A DNA stretch of 43,848 nucleotides from IMG/VR virus record IMGVR_UViG_3300044724_010588, positions 1 to 43,848 of that record; one strand, 5' to 3'. Below the pieces are notes generated by a model, which saw nothing but the letters and a program-made list of their open reading frames with translations, searched no databases and was not told the origin of the DNA. Both the position numbers and the translations under genes were made by a program. Positions 37,369 to 43,848 of this stretch are shown one piece after another. The DNA is from a virus. Its lineage: Duplodnaviria; Caudoviricetes. Every line of letters begins with the position of its first letter. Position 1 is the first letter of the stretch.

Positions 37369-37631
37369 CGTCCTCTTCGAGATCGTCGTCTCGATAGCCT
37401 CTCGGCACTTTTTGTTTGTATATCTGTATTACATGAATCTGTATTACATGAATCTGTCACACATATATTAGGTTCAGGAACATATGTACCTGGTCCGACA
37501 TTACCAGTGGTTTCAATTGTTATACATGTTGTTTCTGTGCAACAATCCGTATATGATTTGCTACTCTTTCTGGAGCTGCTCGGTGAACTCTGGCAACTAC
37601 ATTGGTTGCACGATTGATTTGAATTTCCCAT
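37365..37631 (-). CDS. small Cys/Ser/Thr-rich protein with Arg-rich tail
   Basis: 88 aa with 9 Cys; fills the gap between convergent genes; ATAAATA box at 37641-37647 upstream. Confidence 0.55.
   Translation of the reverse strand: MGNSNQSCNQCSCQSSPSSSRKSSKSYTDCCTETTCITIETTGNVGPGTYVPEPNICVTDSCNTDSCNTDIQTKSAERLSRRRSRRGR
37422..37457. repeat. 15-bp tandem duplication (ATCTGTATTACATGA x2 + ATCTGT)
   Basis: Seen directly; encodes TDSCN-TDSCN-TD in frame on the minus strand. Confidence 0.85.
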
Positions 37632-37639
37632 AGTATTAA

Positions 37640-38035
37640 TTATTTATGTTTTTCTGTGTATAAATTCTTTAATTGCTCATTTAATGACGCTAATCTCTCT
37701 GCAATATCTAAAATATTTGCTTTAGTTGCATCGCTTACATCATCAAATAAAGTACCTACTTTAGCTTCAGCTTTAAGCCTCCCCATTACACTTCCATTCT
37801 CACCATTTAGGTATGTTTTGAATCCTTCTATTGTAGTTACCCAGCCTTTTAAGGTTTCTAAGTCAGCTTGATAGTCAACATTAGGTTCATTTACTTCTTC
37901 AAAATCACCTGCTGACTCAGGGTTATCTAATGAATTATCAAAGGACGCAGCATCATCTTCAGGCCCTGCATTAAGGGCGTCTACATCTTCTCGCTCTTTT
38001 AATAAAGAAAAAAACTTTTTTTCGAACTTACTCAT
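37640..38035 (-). CDS. hypothetical acidic late protein
   Basis: Likely start MSKFEKKF at 38035, 5 nt from an ATAAATA box. Confidence 0.65.
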   Translation of the reverse strand: MSKFEKKFFSLLKEREDVDALNAGPEDDAASFDNSLDNPESAGDFEEVNEPNVDYQADLETLKGWVTTIEGFKTYLNGENGSVMGRLKAEAKVGTLFDDVSDATKANILDIAERLASLNEQLKNLYTEKHK

Positions 38036-38047
38036 ATAAATATTTAT
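38035..38047. promoter_or_regulatory. palindromic bidirectional late promoter (ATAAATATTTAT)
   Basis: TATAAATA on + (38035-38042) and ATAAATA on - (38041-38047), between divergent ATGs separated by 13 nt. Confidence 0.7.
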
Positions 38048-38048
38048 T

Positions 38049-38411
38049 ATGAATGACATACTTTTCGAGGATTTATATACATATACTAACAAGTATTATA
38101 AAGATGTTGCTGCTCGTAGTGCGAGACCTATCACTAAAACACTAGCAGATATCGCTAAAAATAGTCCAGAAGAGTATAATAAACAAACCTCTAACATGAT
38201 TCCTTACCCAGGAGAGGCTATAGTTAATACTTTAGGTACAGCATATGCTAAGCTTAGTGATGCTCACCAATTAACTCTAGAGTTATATGATAATCCATCC
38301 ACTAACTATAGTGACGAAACTAAAAAGAAAATAAATTTAAAGTTGCAAAAAGCTATGAAGATCATAAAATCTATATCGAAAGATCTAGATAATAATGATA
38401 CAAATTCTTAA
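38049..38411 (+). CDS. hypothetical late protein
   Basis: 120 aa; TATAAATA 6 nt upstream. Confidence 0.65.
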   Translation: MNDILFEDLYTYTNKYYKDVAARSARPITKTLADIAKNSPEEYNKQTSNMIPYPGEAIVNTLGTAYAKLSDAHQLTLELYDNPSTNYSDETKKKINLKLQKAMKIIKSISKDLDNNDTNS

Positions 38412-38787
38412 AAGTATAATAGTAGTAGCTTTAGTTAGTAGCACGATTGCTTATATAGGCTCCAAAACTACATCAGAAACATTCACGACTTTATTTATAG
38501 TTTCTACAACTTTACAGTTTATATTCTTTTATTTTTATAATAGTATTATAACGTATATTACTAGAATGAAGCTTGAGAGAGAAAATCTCGAGGCTATAAA
38601 ATTAATTAATACTAATAATGTACTAATTAATTGCGAAGCGTGTAAGAAATTAAATACAGTAAGAGTAGATCTCACTACCTCAAACGAGTTCGAATGCACG
38701 CATTGCAAAGCAGAAAACATTCTTAATATAGAATATAAAACTATTGTAAAAACTAAAATACCAAAAAATGAGCTACCTAACAAATGA
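38395..38787 (+). CDS. membrane protein with two TM helices and a C-terminal zinc ribbon
   Basis: Two hydrophobic N-terminal stretches; CEAC..CTHC. Confidence 0.65.
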   Translation: MIQILKSIIVVALVSSTIAYIGSKTTSETFTTLFIVSTTLQFIFFYFYNSIITYITRMKLERENLEAIKLINTNNVLINCEACKKLNTVRVDLTTSNEFECTHCKAENILNIEYKTIVKTKIPKNELPNK

Positions 38788-38965
38788 AGAAGAAGCACGA
38801 TGGATGTGCTTATTTGATGCTGTGAATTTCATATCTGCGAAAGCTGAGATGATCGGACAAAGAAGCGAAAACTATCTTAAACCATTACCTATAGAAAAGT
38901 ATATCAAAGAAAGATATCCAGCTATGTTCAAAGATGTGGAGTATGAAAAACTACATCAAGAGTAA
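38768..38965 (+). CDS. small hypothetical protein
   Basis: 65 aa overlapping the upstream gene. Confidence 0.55.
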   Translation: MSYLTNEEEARWMCLFDAVNFISAKAEMIGQRSENYLKPLPIEKYIKERYPAMFKDVEYEKLHQE

Positions 38966-39684
38966 TCCCCATATACATCATCATTAGTACCATAATTAAA
39001 GTAAGAAGATTGCTCAGTATCTAAATCATTAATATATTCTTGTATGGTATCTGTTGTTTTACCACTCAGAGCATCATCAGTAATTTGTTCTGATCCAGCC
39101 TCTTCTACATCATTATCAGTATAAGAAAAGTCATATCTTCTTGCTTTAATCTTAAATATATAATGACCTTGTAATTGGTTTATTGTAGATATACTTTCAT
39201 CAACTCTCTCGGTAATTTCAAAATATTTACCACTACGTCCGTTAATCCTATCATTACCGAGTTCTGTTAACTGAAAAACATCTCCTGCTTTTGGTTCAAT
39301 ACTGTAATTATTACCTGTGTCATAATTACTAGATAGTGTTTCTTGAAAGGTAGTTATATCTATAAATGCCTCTACTTCATCATCTGATGTAAGACCGAAT
39401 TTAGAAAATGTAATAGAGTTATCAGTTAGGTTCATTACCATAACTAAACTTATACCGTCTTTAAACCCCCCTATAGTGTTTTCTCCGTAAAACTTATCAG
39501 ATGCACTTAATGTAACATCTCTAGTGAAATATGTAGTACTAGTGCCATATTGCGCGATTTGATCTCTCCACCACGTTTTATATAGTCTCTCGCGTTCGTT
39601 TGTATTGTTAGCCTTATTGGTAAATCTACCAGTATTACTGTAATAGTTTACTCCATCAATTTGATCTGTAATATAGCAGTTCAT
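38956..39684 (-). CDS. neck/head-completion protein (T4 gp14-like)
   Basis: YG..TYF..D.FYGE..FSKFGL..DE..EPKAGD..FEITE pattern of gp14 homologues. Confidence 0.7.
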   Translation of the reverse strand: MNCYITDQIDGVNYYSNTGRFTNKANNTNERERLYKTWWRDQIAQYGTSTTYFTRDVTLSASDKFYGENTIGGFKDGISLVMVMNLTDNSITFSKFGLTSDDEVEAFIDITTFQETLSSNYDTGNNYSIEPKAGDVFQLTELGNDRINGRSGKYFEITERVDESISTINQLQGHYIFKIKARRYDFSYTDNDVEEAGSEQITDDALSGKTTDTIQEYINDLDTEQSSYFNYGTNDDVYGDYS

Positions 39685-39986
39685 TATTTTGATATTGTGT
39701 ATTTACCATTATTCACAGATATTGATATACCTGTATTACCTAAATTACGTGGATTACTATCTGTTAAATCTGTAATATTGTACAGTTTTAAAATTTTAGA
39801 AGCACTATTCGGGCGTAAATTGAAACTACCTTTATGTAATTTCTTAAGTCTTGTTAGTTCTTGAGGGTAATTAGGGTCAGATCTATCATAATCAGCTAAT
39901 AGATTCTGTTTCTTTCTATAAGACCCTGTTGACCCCTGAAGCTTCATAGGCTTCAATGCTTCAAGAAATGACCTAACGAATAACAT
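39684..39986 (-). CDS. hypothetical late protein
   Basis: 100 aa; TATAAATA (39992-39999) 5 nt upstream; coupled to the gp14-like gene. Confidence 0.6.
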   Translation of the reverse strand: MLFVRSFLEALKPMKLQGSTGSYRKKQNLLADYDRSDPNYPQELTRLKKLHKGSFNLRPNSASKILKLYNITDLTDSNPRNLGNTGISISVNNGKYTISK

Positions 39987-39991
39987 ATAAT

Positions 39992-39999
39992 TATTTATA
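39992..39999 (-). promoter_or_regulatory. canonical T4 late promoter TATAAATA
   Basis: Exact match on the minus strand, abutting the terminator U-tract. Confidence 0.65.
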
Positions 40000-40028
40000 A
40001 AAAAAGAGCTCCTATTTGGAGCTCTTTT
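39999..40028 (-). terminator. Rho-independent terminator (potentially bidirectional)
   Basis: AAAAGAGCTCC-tattt-GGAGCTCTTTT inverted repeat with a longer T-tract on the minus strand, downstream of 40053..40976. Confidence 0.85.
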
Positions 40029-40052
40029 CGCTTTATAACTTTTTTGTTAGGA

Positions 40053-40976
40053 TTACTTCTTTACTACTTTTTTACCAGAACTGGTTAATCCAGACGGGTC
40101 ATGACCAGTCTTCTTACCATCTCCTGTAGCTTTGGTACCAACTTCAGATGTCGCACTTGCGTCACCAGTTCCAGCTGATTTACCACCCAATGAATCCCCA
40201 GCTGGTTCAGATGTTTTACCACCACCATCGGAAGGATCAACACCAGGTTTAGCACCATCGTTTGTGTGTTGGTTTTCTTCTTCGAAAGGATCGGAATCTT
40301 CATATCCCATGTCCATTTCTTCTGTTTCATCACCCTCTTCTCCACCTTCTTCTTCTCCACCGAGAACATCCATTAGGACTTCATGAAGTTTTGTAGCGAG
40401 TTCCTTGTCTAGAGTAATGGTTACATCTCCGTCTTCTTCTCCGCCGAAACCTTCGTCATCAGCGCCATCGATGTCAATGCCGAGTTCCATGTCTTCATCC
40501 TCAGCTTCTCCCATTACTTGTTCGAATAATTTATCAAAAATAGATTTATCTTCAGTCATGACTTTAACCTTATTTAAATTATTTATGTTTTTTGATTCCT
40601 TTTTTGGTACCTTTTTATTTTTACTTTTATCTTCTGTAGAGTCGACAGGTTCATCTACACCTTCTGAATCTGGACCGTCACCGATAATCTCTTCTGCTGA
40701 CTCTTCATCATCAGGTCTTTGGTCAGTTTCAAGATATACTGGATAATTACCGTCGAGCTTTGAAATAATATCTTCAATCTTATTTCGTAGCATTTTCTTA
40801 TAAGCATCTACGCTACCATAATTTTTCTTGGCGAATGCCTCATCAGGGTTATCATAAAGCTTTTTGAGATCCTCGATATTCCTACGCATATCGTTTTGGT
40901 TATCTTCTTGTTTACCTTCTAACAAGAATTCTTTATTATATAAATTATTGAGTGCTTTATAATCAGCTGCGTCCAT
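40053..40976 (-). CDS. highly acidic low-complexity late protein (scaffold/prohead-core or internal protein-like)
   Basis: D/E/G-rich 307 aa, own late box (40982-40988) and own terminator. Confidence 0.55.
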   Translation of the reverse strand: MDAADYKALNNLYNKEFLLEGKQEDNQNDMRRNIEDLKKLYDNPDEAFAKKNYGSVDAYKKMLRNKIEDIISKLDGNYPVYLETDQRPDDEESAEEIIGDGPDSEGVDEPVDSTEDKSKNKKVPKKESKNINNLNKVKVMTEDKSIFDKLFEQVMGEAEDEDMELGIDIDGADDEGFGGEEDGDVTITLDKELATKLHEVLMDVLGGEEEGGEEGDETEEMDMGYEDSDPFEEENQHTNDGAKPGVDPSDGGGKTSEPAGDSLGGKSAGTGDASATSEVGTKATGDGKKTGHDPSGLTSSGKKVVKK

Positions 40977-41014
40977 ATTATTATTTATTAAAATTTGTTT
41001 TTTTTACTAGACTA

Positions 41015-41021
41015 ATAAATA
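41015..41021 (+). promoter_or_regulatory. late promoter box ATAAATA for the DUF2589-terminase operon
   Basis: 19 nt upstream of the ATG at 41041; divergent from the box at 40982-40988. Confidence 0.5.
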
Positions 41022-41040
41022 ACTATGAAAGTTTTAAATT

Positions 41041-41625
41041 ATGGCAAGTATAGCAGATCAATTCAAAGGACTACCTATCGAAGAACTAATCGTCTCGCCT
41101 TTAGTAGGTATAGCAAAAGGACAAGCGAAACTAAACGATGTAACTTGGAAGTACATTCAAGAAGTTGGTTTCGATCAAAAAGACGGAAAATATAAACCAA
41201 GATCTCTTGATGTAGAAATTAATAGGTATGTAAAGGTTGAAGGAGCAGATCAACCTGAATTACAGACTCTTCATAGTAAGGTACCACTGTTACCATTAAT
41301 TCCGCTTCCTTCTCTTGCTGTAACTTCTGCAGATATTGAGTTCACCATGGAGGTACAGCAACATGACTCTCATACTGATAGCAAAGATACTGAAACTACT
41401 GTTGATGTGGATGTTAAGTATAAGTCTTGGTGGGGATTAAGTGTAGAATCTAAACTACATGGTAAAGTAGCTACTCACTCGGAAAATACGAGAAAGACAG
41501 ATAATACAGCAAAGTATGATGTTAAAGTACATGCAGAGCAATTACCTGAAACAGAGGGTATGAAAAAATTAAGTGATAGCCTTATCACAATGATTGAGCC
41601 TGTAGTTGCTAATCCAAGTAAGTAA
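41041..41625 (+). CDS. DUF2589-family protein
   Basis: QF.GLP.EELI.SPL....GQ..L......I.EVGF..VPLL.LIPLPSL...I.F.MEV..AKY.V.V.A...EG...L matches my recollection of DUF2589. Confidence 0.75.
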   Translation: MASIADQFKGLPIEELIVSPLVGIAKGQAKLNDVTWKYIQEVGFDQKDGKYKPRSLDVEINRYVKVEGADQPELQTLHSKVPLLPLIPLPSLAVTSADIEFTMEVQQHDSHTDSKDTETTVDVDVKYKSWWGLSVESKLHGKVATHSENTRKTDNTAKYDVKVHAEQLPETEGMKKLSDSLITMIEPVVANPSK

Positions 41626-41639
41626 TATATTATTATGTT

Positions 41640-42110
41640 ATGAAGTCCGTCTCGTTAGAAAATCTGATAAGGTCAATTAAGCTATCGATAGTTAAGTCGA
41701 CCGATATACTCGAAAAGAGTCATATACAAAAATTATCAGAGTATTTTAACGAGGACGGTACCCCTGTTTGTAAAACTCTAAAAATTAATGATAAAGATGT
41801 TAGCGTACCGCTATACACTTTATTAAATCATCAAACATTAGCCTTAGACGAGATGGAAATGTCGTTTAAGGCTAAAATTTTTGACTCCCAAGAAAATAAA
41901 GAAACTAGTGAGAAGTACGGACTAGTAGAGCAAATAAAAAAGAATCCATACAACCCCTTCAATACCAATGATATTCAGGTTGATATGAGAAAAACAAAAG
42001 AAGATGCAGCTGGATTTGCAGAAGTAAAAATAAAATTTAAAATTACTGATAAACCAGAAGAAGTTTCTAGAATTGAAGATTTACTTATACAAGATATAAA
42101 TTCAAAATGA
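41640..42110 (+). CDS. second, divergent DUF2589-like protein
   Basis: N-terminal helix, YF..DG.P, VPLYTL....LALDEMEMSF, VKIKFK...PE.VSRI: same architecture as the upstream gene. Confidence 0.65.
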   Translation: MKSVSLENLIRSIKLSIVKSTDILEKSHIQKLSEYFNEDGTPVCKTLKINDKDVSVPLYTLLNHQTLALDEMEMSFKAKIFDSQENKETSEKYGLVEQIKKNPYNPFNTNDIQVDMRKTKEDAAGFAEVKIKFKITDKPEEVSRIEDLLIQDINSK

Positions 42111-42310
42111 TAGGTACTGGTATACCCTGTCCCTGTTGCGGGTCCTCTCTCAATATAACTATGGATTTTATAATTGAAAATCCTATAGCAGCTTGCCCTA
42201 CTTGTAACTCTATTATGAAGTTTCCAGTAAAGGATGATCTATTCAAGCAGTATAAAGAAGCAAAGAAAGAGATAGATAATATTAAGAAATCTATTAATTA
42301 TTTAAAATAG
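42107..42310 (+). CDS. small zinc-ribbon protein
   Basis: CPCC..CPTC followed by a helical tail; ATGA-coupled to the DUF2589-like gene. Confidence 0.65.
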   Translation: MIGTGIPCPCCGSSLNITMDFIIENPIAACPTCNSIMKFPVKDDLFKQYKEAKKEIDNIKKSINYLK

Positions 42311-42314
42311 ATAC

Positions 42315-43848
42315 ATGCCTAAAAAACAAGAAGATAAATATTATCTAGGTAATAAAAGCTTACCTGCTGCAAATATGGAGTTCGAATGGACTCCTAAAAT
42401 GGTAAGAGAGTTGAAAAAGACTCGACAGAATATCCTATACTTCGCTGAAAACTTTTTCTTCATTGTAAACCTCGATAAAGGTAAGATGAAGATTCCTCTT
42501 TATGCGAGTCAAAAGAGAGTATTAAGATCATTGCGCGACAATAGATTTGTCGCTTGTCTAGCATCACGACAGACTGGCAAGACAACGATGATGACAATAT
42601 ATTCGCTATGGATAGCATGCTTTCAAGAAGACCAACGTATACTTGTTGTAGCGAATAAAGAACAAACAGCAATCAATATTTTCTCTCGTATTAGAACTGC
42701 ATATGAGATGTTACCTAATTATCTAAAGCCCGGTGTTATAGAATACGGTAAGACTTCTATGAAATTAGCTAATGGTAGTAGTATAGGTATTAGTACAACA
42801 AGTTCTGATGCTGGTCGTGGGGATTCTTGTAATGTTCTTATCCTTGATGAGTTAGCATTTATACCTAATAACTTAGTAGATGCTTTTTGGAAATCGGTTT
42901 ATCCTATTATTTCATCATCTAAAAAATCAAAAATTTTCATAGCTTCTACCCCTAATGGTACTGATAATTTATTTTATAAGCTATACATGGATGGTTTAAA
43001 TAATAAGAGTAATTGGTATGCAGAGAAGATGATGTGGTATGAAATACCAGGTAGAGATGAAAAATGGAAAAAGGAAACTATACAATCTATAGGAAGTGAA
43101 GAAGCTTTCAGACAGGAATTTGATTGTGAGTTTATTGAATCAGGAGATACATTTATTGATGAAGAGTATTTCTTAAAGCTCGAGAGTGAAATACAAGACC
43201 CTAAACATATATTTGAAGATGGAGCATATAGAGTTTGGGAAGTACCAGATATAAATTCTATCTATACTATTGGAGTTGATGTTGCAGAAGGGGTAGGTAA
43301 AAACAGTTCTGTTATCCAAATTTTAGATATTACAGATCTTACAAACATTAAACAAGTTGCAGAGTATTGCAGCAATACAATTAACCCATATGAATTCGCG
43401 ACTAAAGTACACGATATTTGCGAGCATTGGGGATCACCTCCGGTATTAATAGAGAGGAATAATAGTGGAGCTCAGGTTGTAGATTTACTATATCAAAATT
43501 ACAGGTACCCTAATATTGTAAGTTACAGCCCTAGAACAGGTAAATTCAAATTTGACAGAATGGGAGTATATGCTCATACTAATACCAAATATAAGGGTGT
43601 TATGAATATGAGATATTGGGTTCATGAGTTAAAATGTATTTTGTTTAGAAGTGAAGAGACAATACAAGAACTAAAAGCATTCCAACGTAAACCTAACGGA
43701 ACGTGGTGCGCAAAGCCTGGATATGATGATGATAGAGTTATGTCTCTAATATGGGCTTTAATGATCCTTGATAGCGCTTTAGTACAGAGATACTATGATG
43801 TTGTAGAATTAGATGATAATGGTAAACCAAAAAATATAATTTTATCTG
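42315..43848 (+). CDS. terminase large subunit (T4 gp17-like), partial, runs off window (not in ORF track)
   Basis: Manual translation from ATG 42315: MPKKQEDKYYLGN.., Walker A SRQTGKTT, Walker B LILDELAF, STPNG, FRQEFDCEF, nuclease GVDVAEGVG, IERN, DDDRVMSL. Confidence 0.93.
   Translation, partial: MPKKQEDKYYLGNKSLPAANMEFEWTPKMVRELKKTRQNILYFAENFFFIVNLDKGKMKIPLYASQKRVLRSLRDNRFVACLASRQTGKTTMMTIYSLWIACFQEDQRILVVANKEQTAINIFSRIRTAYEMLPNYLKPGVIEYGKTSMKLANGSSIGISTTSSDAGRGDSCNVLILDELAFIPNNLVDAFWKSVYPIISSSKKSKIFIASTPNGTDNLFYKLYMDGLNNKSNWYAEKMMWYEIPGRDEKWKKETIQSIGSEEAFRQEFDCEFIESGDTFIDEEYFLKLESEIQDPKHIFEDGAYRVWEVPDINSIYTIGVDVAEGVGKNSSVIQILDITDLTNIKQVAEYCSNTINPYEFATKVHDICEHWGSPPVLIERNNSGAQVVDLLYQNYRYPNIVSYSPRTGKFKFDRMGVYAHTNTKYKGVMNMRYWVHELKCILFRSEETIQELKAFQRKPNGTWCAKPGYDDDRVMSLIWALMILDSALVQRYYDVVELDDNGKPKNIILS

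Noticed and set aside
41025-41193. Out-of-frame ATG 3 nt after the late box, opening an ORF of about 56 codons over the first DUF2589 gene
   Set aside because: Its spacing from the box is shorter than the 5-7 nt seen elsewhere and the product has no recognisable features; probably incidental.
41041-42310. Small terminase (gp16) call for the genes upstream of gp17
   Set aside because: Position fits, but the sequences look like DUF2589 and zinc-ribbon proteins rather than the helical gp16.
2008-42672. Antisense or off-frame ORFs in the track (e.g. 2008..2400, 3310..3534, 8569..8778, 18399..18659, 19290..19625, 20441..20797, 22489..22761, 28152..28472, 32458..32742, 38535..38798, 40085..40746, 42460..42672)
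   Set aside because: They lie within well-supported genes on the opposite strand or another frame, have no motifs and mirror the codon bias of the real gene.
21500-43848. Inteins, introns or homing endonucleases in the polymerase, helicase, uvsX or terminase
   Set aside because: These ORFs are continuous and of normal length, with no splice motifs or endonuclease ORFs seen.
1-43848. CRISPR array, tRNA/rRNA genes, integrase/transposase, stop-codon reassignment
   Set aside because: No spaced repeats or cloverleafs seen; intergenic gaps are short; code 11 gives full-length conserved genes ending in TAA, TAG and TGA.

Overview
This is an AT-rich segment of a large T4-like (myovirus-type) dsDNA phage genome. 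It holds the replication/recombination core (uvsY, uvsW, gp55 late sigma, gp47/gp46, gp43 PolB, uvsX, gp41, gp32, gp45, gp62, RNase H, gp61 primase), a DinG-like helicase, a GroES-like co-chaperonin, thyX, phoH, a gp14-like neck gene and the start of the gp17 terminase. Embedded in the core is a split 7-deazaguanine pathway: folE, queD and queE with an adjacent P-loop kinase, and a tightly coupled queC-amidotransferase-glycosyltransferase cassette between uvsX and gp41. Also present are a DUF366-like ligase-fold gene, a GT-B glycosyltransferase directly upstream of the polymerase, rmlB/rmlD and a six-gene glycosyl/methyltransferase island. I recognise no dpdA in the window. The top candidates for novelty are: (1) a possibly glycosylated 7-deazaguanine DNA hypermodification system, with an atypical PolB motif B (KILINRIYG); (2) a DUF2589-DUF2589-zinc-ribbon late module with a beta-hairpin reminiscent of pore-formers, coupled to the terminase; (3) a largely leaderless promoter architecture (TTGWWW-16 bp-TATAAT-like and (A)TAAATA boxes 5-7 nt before start codons), including a palindromic bidirectional late promoter. 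All family calls come from motif recognition by eye; no searches were run.
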